Shown: positions 31,600-42,388, numbered from the stretch's first letter. The stretch: 64,000 nucleotides of DNA from an uncultured Spirochaetota bacterium (GCA_963835575.1 CAWIGG010000002.1:1504001-1568000); one strand, 5' to 3'. Notes: generated from the sequence alone by a model not told the origin. A program made the numbers and translations.

Positions 31600-32970
31600 T
31601 CACCACTCCAGCGCCAGGTCGCCTATTAATTCCGACAGCGTCGGATGCCCATGTATAAAATTCGCAATTGATGAAACAGTCAGCTTATTCTCAATGGCAA
31701 GGCCGACCTCATGAATAAGTTCCGTCACGGAAGGGCCGATCATTGAAGCGCCGAGTATCACTCCGTCTTTGCCGGTAATGATCTTGATAAACCCGGCGTC
31801 GTTTTTCTCTATCAGCGCCTTGCCGCTCGATTTAAAGAATATTTTCTTAACCTTCACTTCCCCTTTTTGAGAGGTTTCTTTTTCCGTAAGGCCGACTGAA
31901 GCGGCCTGCGGGTTTGTAAAGACTATTCTCGGGATATTATCTTTTTGAATTGACAGCCTGTTTATTCCCAGACAGCTTTCCGCCGCGATGATCCCCTCGC
32001 GGTAGGCCGTGTGCGCGAACATCGGCGTTTTGACCACATCGCCCGCGGCGTAGATATGGGCAATATTTGTCTGCATTCTCTCATTGACCTTGATAAAGCC
32101 GTCTTCCATTATAATGCCGGTGTTTTCAAGCCCCAGAGCGTCTGTGTTTGGGACTCGCCCCGCCGCTACAAGGACACGGTCAAAACTTCTCTCGATGCGC
32201 TGGCCTTCCGATTCAAATGCGGCCTTGACGCTTCCGCCTTCATTTTTAAAGCTTGTTATACGGCATTCTGTATAAACTTCCGTTCCCTTTTTACCCAATT
32301 CCCTTTTCAGAGTCCGGGACACTTCCTCGTCCTCGCCCGGAAGGATGTCCGGCAGGACCTCGACAAGGGTCACCGATGAACCGAACGCGGAATAGATCGA
32401 GGCGAATTCGCACCCGATCGCGCCGCCCCCGATGATCAAAAGGCTTTTTGGAAGAGTTTCCATTTTCAAAATCTCCCGGCTGGTAACAATATTTTTTTTG
32501 TTTATGGGAAAAGCCGGAATGTTCTTGACCTTCGAGCCGGCGGCGATAATAAATTTATCCGCTTCAAAAGACTGTTTCTTCCCGTCCCCGGTCACCACTT
32601 CAACGGTATGCGGTCCGCTGAATACCGCTTTTCCACAAATCAATTCAACTCCATCCTTTTTCAGCGCTGAAATGACACTCTGTCGTAACTGCAGGGTGTT
32701 TTTTTCAGCGTTTTCAATCACCTTCGGCATATCGATAGAGATCTGTCCGCATTGGATCCCATATGACAGGCTTTTCTTCATGGCTTCATATAAATGGGCC
32801 GATTCGGCGAATGATTTAACCGGTATACAGCCTTCGTTCAGGCATGTACCGCCGATATTGCTTTCCGTATAATCGGCAAGGGCTGTTTTGACTCCTGCGG
32901 CGGCCAGTTTTTCCGCGGCTTTGTATCCGGCAGGGCCTCCGCCGATAACTATCACATCATACTTTTTCAT
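31600..32970 (-). CDS. lpdA: Dihydrolipoyl dehydrogenase
   Basis: GGGPAGY, GGTCLNEGCIP, GGGAIGCE, HPTLSE. Confidence 0.95.
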   Translation of the reverse strand: MKKYDVIVIGGGPAGYKAAEKLAAAGVKTALADYTESNIGGTCLNEGCIPVKSFAESAHLYEAMKKSLSYGIQCGQISIDMPKVIENAEKNTLQLRQSVISALKKDGVELICGKAVFSGPHTVEVVTGDGKKQSFEADKFIIAAGSKVKNIPAFPINKKNIVTSREILKMETLPKSLLIIGGGAIGCEFASIYSAFGSSVTLVEVLPDILPGEDEEVSRTLKRELGKKGTEVYTECRITSFKNEGGSVKAAFESEGQRIERSFDRVLVAAGRVPNTDALGLENTGIIMEDGFIKVNERMQTNIAHIYAAGDVVKTPMFAHTAYREGIIAAESCLGINRLSIQKDNIPRIVFTNPQAASVGLTEKETSQKGEVKVKKIFFKSSGKALIEKNDAGFIKIITGKDGVILGASMIGPSVTELIHEVGLAIENKLTVSSIANFIHGHPTLSELIGDLALEW

Positions 32971-33243
32971 AATATATCCTTATTCAGACATTGAAAGACT
33001 ATGGTAACTGCAAATAAAAATAATTTCAAGAAAGAACGGCCGGGTATGATCCACTCTATCCAACAGGATATTCACCATATTTCAGATTTAGAAAATTCCA
33101 AAACTTCTTAATTGATTATTAATATAAAAAAAACCTGGATTTAATCAGAAATTAAAAAACAGCACTTATTATTAATAAGTTTTTTCTTATTTCCTGTCAG
33201 TTATCGGTAAATAAAAAAAAAGGAGGTATTTCAATAAAAAAAG

Positions 33244-34763
33244 GTAACTATCCAGCCACTAAAAAATAGTCACATGAAATATTTGCATTGAGCATGAAAC
33301 CATGCTATTCTATAGCATGAATGAAGATAGAAGAGAAAAAGACTGTGCGGCCTGCTTAAAACGATTTGAAGGCATCATTGCTGATTTACAAAACCAGATA
33401 AAGGAGCAGGGTTTAATCATTCAAAGACAAGCGGAAAAGATTAAGAAATTGGAAGAACAGCTTAATAAGGACAGCCATAACAGCAATAAACCGCCGTCTT
33501 CCGATAATCCATTCCAAAATACAGTAAAGAATTTACGGAAAAAGAGCGGTAAAAAACAAGGCGGCCAGTTTGGACATAAGGGAAATACTCTGAAGAAAGT
33601 AGAAAGCCCTGATAAGATCATAGAACATCAGGTTGAAAAATGTTCCTGTTGTGGAATTGATTTAAGTTCCGAATCAGTTAAGCGGACGGAAAGAAGGCAG
33701 GTGTTCGATATACCTCCGATAAAAGTGGAAGTTACCGAACATCGCTCGGAAGTAAAAGATTGTCCGCATTGCGGTGCGAGAGTAACGGCGGAGTTTCCGG
33801 AAGGCATAACCAATAAGGCACAGTATGGAAAAAACATTAAAGCGCATCTGGTCTATATGAAAACATATGGGTTGATACCCTATGAAAGGCTTTCGGAATA
33901 CGCCGAATGTTTATTGGGAGTGCCGCTCAGCAAGGCAACGATTGAAGGATTTATCCGGGAGACCTACAATAAATTAGAAGAGTATGAACAGAAAGTCATA
34001 GAACTGATACTAAAAGAAGTGGTTCTTCACTGTGATGAAACCGGTATTCGGATAAAAGGGTTATTAAAATGGCTCCATGTTGCCTCGAATGAACGTTTTA
34101 CCTATTATTTTTCTCATGACAAACGCGGCACAGAGGCGATGCGTGCGATGGACATTCTCACAAGATTTACCGGTATTATTATCCACGATGGATGGAAAAG
34201 TTATCTGGAATTCTTATGCCGTCATGGATTGTGTAATGTACACCATTTGAGAGAGCTAATCTGGATACATGAGGAAATGGGTCAGGAATGGGCTAAGGAG
34301 ATGGGTAATCTTCTTATAAGGATTAAGAATGATAAAGAGGCAAGTTTTCCAATACCGGCGGAAAGGATTATAGAATATGATACGGAATATGACCGGATCA
34401 TCGCGAAAGGATTTGCTGTAAATCCAACGCCTGAAAAGCCGGAAGGACTTGTTAAACGCGGCAGAAAAAAGCGGGGCAAGGTTTTATGCCTATTAGACCG
34501 ATTAAGAAAATATAAAGAATCTGTCCTTTTATTTATGCGGGAAAAAGATGTTCCATTCAGCAACAATTTGGCGGAACGGGATATCAGAATGATAAAAGTC
34601 CAGCAGAAAATATCAGGTACATTCAGAAGCTGGAATGGAGCGGCTGCCTTTTGCAGAATCAGGGGTTATATATCTACAGTAAAAAAGATGGGCGTCAGTG
34701 TTTATCAAGCCCTTATTGACGCGTTGAACGGCTCCGCTATTAAATATGCGGCTGGATAGTTAC
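33244..34763 (+). mobile_element. IS66-family element, single-ORF (ISBst12-like) type
   Basis: 13-bp TIR GTAACTATCCAGC / GCTGGATAGTTAC; 8-bp TSD AAAAAAAG; no tnpA or tnpB. Confidence 0.93.
33302..34759 (+). CDS. IS66-family transposase TnpC
   Basis: NSNKPPSSD, zinc ribbon CSCC/CPHC, HCDETG, HDGW, FSNNLAERDIR. Confidence 0.95.
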   Translation: MLFYSMNEDRREKDCAACLKRFEGIIADLQNQIKEQGLIIQRQAEKIKKLEEQLNKDSHNSNKPPSSDNPFQNTVKNLRKKSGKKQGGQFGHKGNTLKKVESPDKIIEHQVEKCSCCGIDLSSESVKRTERRQVFDIPPIKVEVTEHRSEVKDCPHCGARVTAEFPEGITNKAQYGKNIKAHLVYMKTYGLIPYERLSEYAECLLGVPLSKATIEGFIRETYNKLEEYEQKVIELILKEVVLHCDETGIRIKGLLKWLHVASNERFTYYFSHDKRGTEAMRAMDILTRFTGIIIHDGWKSYLEFLCRHGLCNVHHLRELIWIHEEMGQEWAKEMGNLLIRIKNDKEASFPIPAERIIEYDTEYDRIIAKGFAVNPTPEKPEGLVKRGRKKRGKVLCLLDRLRKYKESVLLFMREKDVPFSNNLAERDIRMIKVQQKISGTFRSWNGAAAFCRIRGYISTVKKMGVSVYQALIDALNGSAIKYAAG

Positions 34764-34871
34764 AAAAAAAGAAGGTTATTATATGGTTTAAATCGCTGTC
34801 TTAAAGGAATAAGACAGGCGGGCGCGCAGGGAATGGCGGTGTGTTTTTAATTAGAGTAAATGGAGGTTCAC

Positions 34872-36539
34872 ATGAAAAAGATTTTTGTTCTGATGCTTCT
34901 TTTTGCTGCATTTGTATTGACATCCTGCGCCTCAATGATGAACGGTAATGATAATAAGCAGGTCGTCTCGACATTAAATAATCTCTCTGCAATCAGCGTT
35001 ACCATTGACGATGGTTCTGCTACTAGAAGCATTACAGTGATCAGCAATAAAATAGTCAAGGTGACTATTCAGTTGACCGACCCTACAGGCGGCACGATTA
35101 CAACAAACTGGCTTCCTGGAAATAATCCTGTATTCTCCTTTCTCGACAGAAAATTCGGGGTGAATACCCTGACCATTACCGAACAGGATGACTCCGGTTA
35201 TGCAAAATCCTACGCGAAAGACATCAACATTCAGAAAGGTTATAACTACAAAGTCATGGTGACAATCGGCGGCGACCTGCAGATCGTCGTGGATGACGGC
35301 ACTTATGCCGGCGGAACGAATTACAGCGCATCTTGTTTGAACATAGCGCCCGGCAGCAGCGGAAGCCAGCTCAATTTTGCCTGGTTGACCTCTATAAAAG
35401 GCGGAGTTGTTGTTCAGATCGCTGCGGCTTCCGCCCAGGTGGGCGACGTGTTTCCCGTGGCGCAGGCATTGTCGTTCACAGGCGTTCAGTCTGTGGTTAC
35501 CGCAACCACTAATGTCAACGGGAGCGTTCCGACAGGCGAAATCGCGAATAAGGTCACTGTAACCGGTCTTGCCGATTCCACCGCTTACATTTATCGCATC
35601 GGAGACGGAACAAATTGGAGTCAGACCTATACATTACAAACGAGAAACCAGAATAACTTCGGTTTCCTGGCTGTCGGGGATCCCCAGATCGGCGCAAGCG
35701 GAAACAACGCCGCGGATACGGCCAACTGGGGCAAAACCGTCAGCAATGCGACTATAATGTACCCGAATGCCAGCTTCTTCCTATCGGCCGGGGACGAAGT
35801 TGATTCCACATCCTCTGTTACCAACCAGATGGCCCAGTATCTCGGTTACTTCAGCCCCGTCCAGTTAAAGAACATTCCTGTAGCCAACGTTGATGGGAAC
35901 CATGATTTCTCGATGGGCGAGTACTACGGCTTTCATTACAACCAGCCGAATGTTTCGTCCAGCCTCGGAGTGGCATTTGGTAATGACGGGGATTACTGGT
36001 TCACCTATGGAAATACCCTTTATATTATTTTGAACAGCAATGTAGAAGGCGCTGCGGCCCATCAATTGTTCATTTCTAACGCAGTCGCGGCTAATCCCAA
36101 TGCCAAGTGGCGCATCGTGTCTTTCCACCACTCGGTATACAGCGAAGCGAACCATATGACTGATTCGGATATTATCGATAGAAGGGCAACTTATCCGCCG
36201 GTTTTTGAACAATTTAATATCGATGCGGTCATTATGGGACACGATCATTCCTATACCAGAACCTACCAGATGCTGGGAGGAGTACCGGTAAGCCAGTCCG
36301 GCACAAGCGTTGTTACCAATCCGTTGGGAATTCTCTATTTGACTCTTGATTCCGGCAGCGGCAGCAAGTATTACCAGTTTCAGTACCAAACTCCCTCGGT
36401 ATACAGCGCGTTCCGCTGGCAGGGAAATGTTCCCTCTTTCAGTTATATTTCGATCAACGGGGGTACTTTGACCCTGAGTGTTTACCGGGTGGACACAATG
36501 GCATTGATCGACCAGTATTCCATTGTGAAAACCAATTAA
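34872..36539 (+). CDS. Lipoprotein purple-acid-phosphatase-like metallophosphoesterase with FN3-like domain
   Basis: Lipobox LTSC; GDPQ, AGDEVD, GNHD, SFHH, GHDH. The start was placed after GGAGG. Confidence 0.88.
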   Translation: MKKIFVLMLLFAAFVLTSCASMMNGNDNKQVVSTLNNLSAISVTIDDGSATRSITVISNKIVKVTIQLTDPTGGTITTNWLPGNNPVFSFLDRKFGVNTLTITEQDDSGYAKSYAKDINIQKGYNYKVMVTIGGDLQIVVDDGTYAGGTNYSASCLNIAPGSSGSQLNFAWLTSIKGGVVVQIAAASAQVGDVFPVAQALSFTGVQSVVTATTNVNGSVPTGEIANKVTVTGLADSTAYIYRIGDGTNWSQTYTLQTRNQNNFGFLAVGDPQIGASGNNAADTANWGKTVSNATIMYPNASFFLSAGDEVDSTSSVTNQMAQYLGYFSPVQLKNIPVANVDGNHDFSMGEYYGFHYNQPNVSSSLGVAFGNDGDYWFTYGNTLYIILNSNVEGAAAHQLFISNAVAANPNAKWRIVSFHHSVYSEANHMTDSDIIDRRATYPPVFEQFNIDAVIMGHDHSYTRTYQMLGGVPVSQSGTSVVTNPLGILYLTLDSGSGSKYYQFQYQTPSVYSAFRWQGNVPSFSYISINGGTLTLSVYRVDTMALIDQYSIVKTN

Positions 36540-36554
36540 AGACCGGTATTCAGA

Positions 36555-37709
36555 GTGAAGGTTTTATTGAGATGGGCGATTGTGATTATTGCCCTTGGAA
36601 TTTACATTGCCGGCGCGCTCTGGTATTCAAGCCATACGGCAGTTTATAGATTATTCAGATCGTCCGGCGGTGCGCATGTCAGTTATGAAAAAGCCCTTGT
36701 CCTTGATGTAAAGGGCGAAACTTTTCACCCTGATAACGGAAATGGCGTGATCACCGGCAGCCAGGATATTGATATTAAAATAATCACTGGCGAGATATCC
36801 GGGACAAAACTGGAAATCAGGAACTTCCTCAACTATTCGTCCAATTTCCCTCTGAAAGCAGGGGATAGAATAGTAGTTCGTGTGGATTTTGCCAACAACA
36901 GTTATTACAATGTAACTATGTACAGTATTGACCGGGGGCCGGCCCTTTATGGGCTGGCCCTCCTCTTTTTTATCCTCCTTTGCGTTGTCGGAGGCAGGCG
37001 GGGTTTGCGTTCTGTTCCAGGGATCATCTTCACTTTTATCAGCATCGTTTTTATCTTTATCCCGATGCTTTACCGCGGATATTCCCCTATGCTTGCGGCT
37101 GCTCTCGTCACAGCCCTGACTGTCTGTGTGTCATTTATCCTGCTCGACGACCTGAATGTAAAGACCGTATCGGCCATTCTCGGTTCCATTTCAGGTCTCG
37201 CTGTTGCGGCCATTCTGGCTTTTATTTTCCAAAACCTCACGATGGTTTCAGGTTATACGACTCCTGAAGCGGATTACCTGTTCTCGATCTCAAGCCACAC
37301 AGGCATGAAAATGGGAGAGCTCCTGTTTGCCGCAGTTCTGATCGCCTCGCTCGGTGCCATTATGGACATAGCGATATCCATGGCTTCCGCGGTCTGCGAG
37401 ATCTCTGCTTTCAACCCCGGTCTGAGCCGGTCCGAGCTCTTTCGCTCCGGTATGAACGTAGGACGGGACATGATGGGCATGATGGCGAATACTTTGATCC
37501 TCGCGTTAACAGGAGCATTGCTCAATACGGTCATTCTGATTTATTCGCTTGGATATTCCTATTTCCAGATCTTGAATTCCAACGCGATTGTGATCGATGT
37601 TATCGAGGCGTTGATGGGATGTGTTGCCGTCGTTCTGACAGTTCCGGCCGTGGCATTTATTACCGCGAACCTATATATCCGTTCCTTTTCAAAAAATTGC
37701 AGGGTGTAA
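36555..37709 (+). CDS. YibE/F family membrane protein (copy 1)
   Basis: VGGRRGLRS, IASLGAIMDIAISMAS, SGMNVGRDMMGMMANTLILA. Confidence 0.88.
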   Translation: MKVLLRWAIVIIALGIYIAGALWYSSHTAVYRLFRSSGGAHVSYEKALVLDVKGETFHPDNGNGVITGSQDIDIKIITGEISGTKLEIRNFLNYSSNFPLKAGDRIVVRVDFANNSYYNVTMYSIDRGPALYGLALLFFILLCVVGGRRGLRSVPGIIFTFISIVFIFIPMLYRGYSPMLAAALVTALTVCVSFILLDDLNVKTVSAILGSISGLAVAAILAFIFQNLTMVSGYTTPEADYLFSISSHTGMKMGELLFAAVLIASLGAIMDIAISMASAVCEISAFNPGLSRSELFRSGMNVGRDMMGMMANTLILALTGALLNTVILIYSLGYSYFQILNSNAIVIDVIEALMGCVAVVLTVPAVAFITANLYIRSFSKNCRV

Positions 37710-37711
37710 TT

Positions 37712-38869
37712 ATGCGTTCTTTATTGAGATGGTCCATCGCGATCCTGGCCCTGATTGTTTATGTTGCAGGGGCCATCTGGTTTTCGGGGCAAATGAAAAC
37801 CCATAGTACTTACAGCTCTCCGGCCGGCGCGCATGTCAGTTATGAAAAAGCCCTTGTCATGAAAATAAATAATGAAGCACTCGGGCCGGATTCCGAACAT
37901 AACGGCCTCTTTGAAGGTTTCCAAGACCTTACTATCAGGGTCCTCACAGGCGAGAAATCCGGAACCATCCTTGAGATCAGGAATTTTCTCAACCTGATGT
38001 CCAATTTTCGCCTGAAGGCCGGGGACCGGATCATCGTTCGTATGGATTTTACTGATAACCGGAATTTAACTGTTTACGTGTATAGCATCGATCGCGGGCC
38101 GGCCCTCTATTTTCTTGCCTTCCTCTTTATCATCCTTCTATGCGTTATCGGCGGCAAGCGGGGAATTCGTTCGGTATTGTCCATTGTTTTTACATTTAAC
38201 AGCATTGTTTTTATCTTTATACCGATGCTTTACCGCGGATATTCTCCGGCGCTTGCGGCCATTCTCATCACTACAATAACGGTCTGCGTATCGCTTGTTT
38301 TTCTCGACGGTTTTAAAGTCAAGACCATATCAGCCATTCTCGGTTCCATTTCAGGTCTCGCTGTTGCGGCCATTCTGTCTTTTATTTTCCAACACCTGAC
38401 GATGGTTTCCGGTTATACGACTTCCGAGGCTGATTCCCTGCTCGTGATCGCCGGGCAGACAGGCATGAAAGTGGGGGAACTTCTCTTTGCCTCAGTTCTG
38501 ATCGCCTCGCTCGGAGCTATCGTGGACATAGCGATATCAGTGGCTTCCGCGGTCTGCGAGGTCTATGCTTCCAACCCCGGTCTGAGCCGGTCTGAGCTCT
38601 TTCGCTCCGGTATGAACGTGGGAAGCGATATGATGGGAACCATGGCAAACACTCTGATCATGGTCTTCACCGGCGCATCACTCAATGCGCTCATTCTGAT
38701 CTATTCGCTGGAACATTCCTATTACCAGATCCTGAATTCCAACACAATCGTGATAGAAATTATAGAAGCTTTGACAGGATGCCTCTCGGTCATCCTGACA
38801 GTCCCGGCAGTAGCGTTTATTGCTTCTGCGCTGGCTGCCCGCATTTCCGGACCGGATAATAAAGGTTAA
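37712..38869 (+). CDS. YibE/F family membrane protein (copy 2, tandem paralog)
   Basis: Same motifs, with long nucleotide-identical stretches shared with copy 1. The start was placed at ATG 37712 by alignment. Confidence 0.88.
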   Translation: MRSLLRWSIAILALIVYVAGAIWFSGQMKTHSTYSSPAGAHVSYEKALVMKINNEALGPDSEHNGLFEGFQDLTIRVLTGEKSGTILEIRNFLNLMSNFRLKAGDRIIVRMDFTDNRNLTVYVYSIDRGPALYFLAFLFIILLCVIGGKRGIRSVLSIVFTFNSIVFIFIPMLYRGYSPALAAILITTITVCVSLVFLDGFKVKTISAILGSISGLAVAAILSFIFQHLTMVSGYTTSEADSLLVIAGQTGMKVGELLFASVLIASLGAIVDIAISVASAVCEVYASNPGLSRSELFRSGMNVGSDMMGTMANTLIMVFTGASLNALILIYSLEHSYYQILNSNTIVIEIIEALTGCLSVILTVPAVAFIASALAARISGPDNKG

Positions 38870-38930
38870 TAAGCCGCTTTTTTCTTATACTTACTCAAGC
38901 GTTTATTGTCACAAACCAACTACCGTCTGA

Positions 38931-39095
38931 CTGAGGCTGATGAAGTTCGATACCAGCGCCAGGACCATTCATTTCCAGACATATTCAAGTGAGTTGCATA
39001 TTTATGCCGGTGTACCCGGCGGCCCGACATTCAATCTTGATCCTTCCGAATCCGATTTTACTCTTCCGATACCGGACCGTGTTTTAGCCTATTAG
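38931..39095 (+). pseudogene. C-terminal remnant of a calcineurin-like phosphoesterase
   Basis: The frame reads *LRLMKFDTSARTIHFQTYSSELHIYAGVPGGPTFNLDPSESDFTLPIPDRVLAY*, resembling the 'WLRLMEFD..I..YTYS' C-terminus of such enzymes. Confidence 0.5.
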
Positions 39096-39142
39096 GTAAG
39101 GAACAGGGTTTATTCTTCATTAGAAAATTAGTTTAACCAAGG

Positions 39143-39167
39143 GCGCGGTCAGTTGACTGCGCTTTTT
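39143..39167 (+). terminator. Intrinsic terminator
   Basis: GCGCGGTCA-GT-TGACTGCGC followed by TTTTT. Confidence 0.65.
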
Positions 39168-39266
39168 ATATTGCCTCATCCCCTTTCCCAAAAAAATAAT
39201 CTATTATTTGCAATTACAAACCCGGTCTCATAAAATAATATTATATTTTAGTTATCGGGGTAAATC

Positions 39267-40301
39267 ATGAAAGTGCTTATTATCGGCGGAACGGGCCTTA
39301 TTTCAACGGCCATAGTGAACCAGCTTGTAGAGCGGGGCGACGATGTGACAGTATTCAACAGGGGACAGACCGAAAAAAGGATCCCTCAGTCCGTAAAGGT
39401 CATTCTGGGCGACCGCTGGGATTACAATAAATTTGAGAATCAGATGAACGGACTCACTTTTGACGCCGTGATCGATATGGTGGCGTTCGACCCTGAAAAC
39501 GCGAAGTCTGTGTTGAGGGCTTTTAAAGGAAGAGTAAAGCATATCGCCGTCTGCTCCACCGTCTGTGTATACGGCGGACCTCTTACCAGACTGCCCGCCG
39601 ATGATAATGAGCCCCACCGCTTTGTTTCCGATTACGGCAGAAACAAGTCCGGTATCGAATCGATCCTCCTGGAAGCGAACGGCCGCGACGGCCTCAATAC
39701 AACCGTTCTCCGCCCATCCCACACAACGGGCGAGGGGGCGCCTGCCTGCGGCATTCTTTTTGACGACAGCCTGGTGAACCGCATCCGGAAAGGACTGAGA
39801 GTGATAGTTCATGACAGCGGAAAGACGAAATGGGCCATCGCGCACGCGTCGGATGTCGCGAGGGGTTTTGTGAATTCTCTCCTCAATCCGAAGGCTTTCG
39901 GCCAGGCTTACCACCTGACAAGCGACGAGCATACCACATGGGACGGCGTGTATGAAGAACTCGGAAAAGCAGCCGGGGCCGGACCGGAGATAGTCCATAT
40001 CCCGACGGACTGGCTTTACAGTGTCGCACCGCGGCGCAGCGTCGGAATTCAGTATATCTATAAACACGATTCTATTTTTGATAATTCCAAAGCGGTAAGA
40101 GACCTCGATTTTAAAACGACCGTACCGCTTGTGGAGACATTCAGAAGGCAGATCCGCTGGATGGAGGAAAAAGGGAATATCCTCCCTGTTGAAAAGGACC
40201 GTTTCGAAGATATCATGATCGATTCATACAATAAAGGGACAATTCCTTCCCCGGACGGATGGACGGATTTTAATACATGGGGAAATAAAACAACAAATTA
40301 A
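39267..40301 (+). CDS. NAD-dependent epimerase/dehydratase family protein
   Basis: IIGGTGLIS, CSTVCVYG, YGRNK (YxxxK). Confidence 0.88.
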   Translation: MKVLIIGGTGLISTAIVNQLVERGDDVTVFNRGQTEKRIPQSVKVILGDRWDYNKFENQMNGLTFDAVIDMVAFDPENAKSVLRAFKGRVKHIAVCSTVCVYGGPLTRLPADDNEPHRFVSDYGRNKSGIESILLEANGRDGLNTTVLRPSHTTGEGAPACGILFDDSLVNRIRKGLRVIVHDSGKTKWAIAHASDVARGFVNSLLNPKAFGQAYHLTSDEHTTWDGVYEELGKAAGAGPEIVHIPTDWLYSVAPRRSVGIQYIYKHDSIFDNSKAVRDLDFKTTVPLVETFRRQIRWMEEKGNILPVEKDRFEDIMIDSYNKGTIPSPDGWTDFNTWGNKTTN

Positions 40302-40433
40302 ATTCCTTGATTCTATTCATTAAAAGTATAAATATTCTATTCCAGTTAATGCCGGCGTCATTCCGAATTCCTTGTATAATTTCATTGATTGTATTAAAAT
40401 ATAATCGAATTTTTATTAAAGAGGTTTACCGAT

Positions 40434-42107
40434 ATGATGAATTACAAAAAATACAGGACTTTTCAGCCGATTACTTTACCGAACAGGCAGTGGCCGTCGA
40501 AATCCATAACAAAAGCGCCCATCTGGTGCAGTGTGGACCTGCGCGACGGGAACCAGGCGCTCCCCATCCCCATGAATGTGGCGGAAAAGCTTGAATTTTT
40601 TAAACTCCTCGTCGATATCGGCTTCAAGGAAATTGAAGTGGGCTTTCCCTCGGCATCTGAAGTCGAATACCGCTTCCTGCGGGAGCTTATCGATAAAAAC
40701 CTGATCCCTGATGATGTCAGCGTCCAGGTTTTAACACAGTCCCGGAAGCACCTGATAGAAAGAACATTTGAGGCCATCGACGGCGCGAAGCGGGCCATTG
40801 TCCATCTGTATAATTCGACATCCGAACTTCAGAGAAGGGTTGTTTTTAATAAAGATAAAAAAGCCATTATAGATATAGCTATGGAAGGCGCCAATCTGAT
40901 CAACGAGCTGGCAAAAAAAACCAAAGTCAAACACCTGATGAAAGAATATTCCCCCGAGAGCTTTACCGGTACGGAGTCGGATTACGCCCTGGAGGTCTGC
41001 GAGGCGGTGATGGACGTATGGAAGCCCACTCCGCAGAATAAGATCATTTTTAACCTGCCGGCCACGATCGAGATGGCCATGCCTAATATTTACGCCGACC
41101 AGATCGAATGGTTCCATACCCATATTAAAAACAGGGATTCACTGCTTATCAGCCTGCACACGCATAACGACCGGGGCACAAGCGTCGCCGCTTCGGAATT
41201 GGGAATGCTGGCCGGAGCGCAGAGGGTCGAGGGAACGCTTTTCGGCAACGGCGAAAGAACGGGAAATTCAGACATCATGGCCGTAGCCCTGAATTTATTC
41301 TCGCAGGGCATAGACCCTGAACTGGATTTCAGCGATATCAACCGCGTAATCAATATTTACGAAAAATGCACAAAATTGACAGTGCATCCCCGGCATCCTT
41401 ACGCAGGCGAGCTGGTCTATACCGCTTTTTCGGGCTCCCATCAGGACGCCATCAGGAAGGGCTTGAGCATCTATGAGCGCGATAAACCCAAATACTGGGA
41501 AGTGCCTTATCTGCCGATCGATCCTTCGGATGTCGGCCGGGAATACGAGGCCATCATCCGCATTAACAGCCAGTCCGGCAAGGGCGGCGTCGCCTATATT
41601 ATGGAACACAATTTCGGCTATAAACTGCCCAAAGACATGCATCCCGAATTCGCCCACGCCGTTCAGCTGGAAACGGATAAGACAGGCGAGGAATTGGTAC
41701 CCGAAAGAATTTTAAAGCTTTTCAAGAAGGAATATATCGACATTGATAAACCGCTCAAGCTTCTCAAGTACAAAATCGAGGAAAATCAGTATCTTGCCGT
41801 AAAGGAAAATGTTGTCCATATGCAGGCGACACTGGAAGTAAACGGAAAGGAAAAGGAAATTAAAGGCCAGGGAAACGGCCCGATAGACGCATTTTTCCAT
41901 GGAATGAAAGGCATCGGCATCCCCGATTATAAATTTGTTTCCTACGAAGAGCACGCCTTAAGCGAAGGCTCCGATTCCAAAGCCGTGGCCTATATCTGCC
42001 TGGAAAACCAGGCGGCCGAAAAATTGTTCGGGGTCGGCATCGCGCAGAACATTACAACAGCGTCATTGAACGCGATCGTCAGCGCCATTAACCGGCTCGG
42101 GCTTTAA
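40434..42107 (+). CDS. leuA: 2-isopropylmalate synthase
   Basis: WCSVDLRDGNQAL, HTHNDRG, GNGERTGN, FSGSHQDAI, NSQSGKGG, GNGPIDA. Confidence 0.97.
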   Translation: MMNYKKYRTFQPITLPNRQWPSKSITKAPIWCSVDLRDGNQALPIPMNVAEKLEFFKLLVDIGFKEIEVGFPSASEVEYRFLRELIDKNLIPDDVSVQVLTQSRKHLIERTFEAIDGAKRAIVHLYNSTSELQRRVVFNKDKKAIIDIAMEGANLINELAKKTKVKHLMKEYSPESFTGTESDYALEVCEAVMDVWKPTPQNKIIFNLPATIEMAMPNIYADQIEWFHTHIKNRDSLLISLHTHNDRGTSVAASELGMLAGAQRVEGTLFGNGERTGNSDIMAVALNLFSQGIDPELDFSDINRVINIYEKCTKLTVHPRHPYAGELVYTAFSGSHQDAIRKGLSIYERDKPKYWEVPYLPIDPSDVGREYEAIIRINSQSGKGGVAYIMEHNFGYKLPKDMHPEFAHAVQLETDKTGEELVPERILKLFKKEYIDIDKPLKLLKYKIEENQYLAVKENVVHMQATLEVNGKEKEIKGQGNGPIDAFFHGMKGIGIPDYKFVSYEEHALSEGSDSKAVAYICLENQAAEKLFGVGIAQNITTASLNAIVSAINRLGL

Positions 42108-42122
42108 ATAGTTTAGTATTCT

Positions 42123-42241
42123 CCCGTGAATGCACGCGAATTAACGCTAATAATTTTTATTTCATTATTATTCTCCATATCTTTTTAGTATCAATTCACA
42201 CCCTTTCACATTTATTCGTGTTTATTAGCGTGATTAGCGGG
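42123..42241. repeat. Periodic inverted repeat (ACGCGAAT type) downstream of leuA
   Basis: CCCGTGAATGCACGCGAATTAACGCTAATAA ... TTATTCGTGTTTATTAGCGTGATTAGCGGG. Confidence 0.7.
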
Positions 42242-42388
42242 CAATCCGTTTTCCCGGTTTTTGGCATTTATGACATCTGATGGAAAATATCCGCCCATTA
42301 TGATATATTCTTAAGTGAATAATTCATCCATTCTATAAATGTATTTTATTTTTTAGAAACCGATAATTCTATTAATAAGGAGCCAGTT

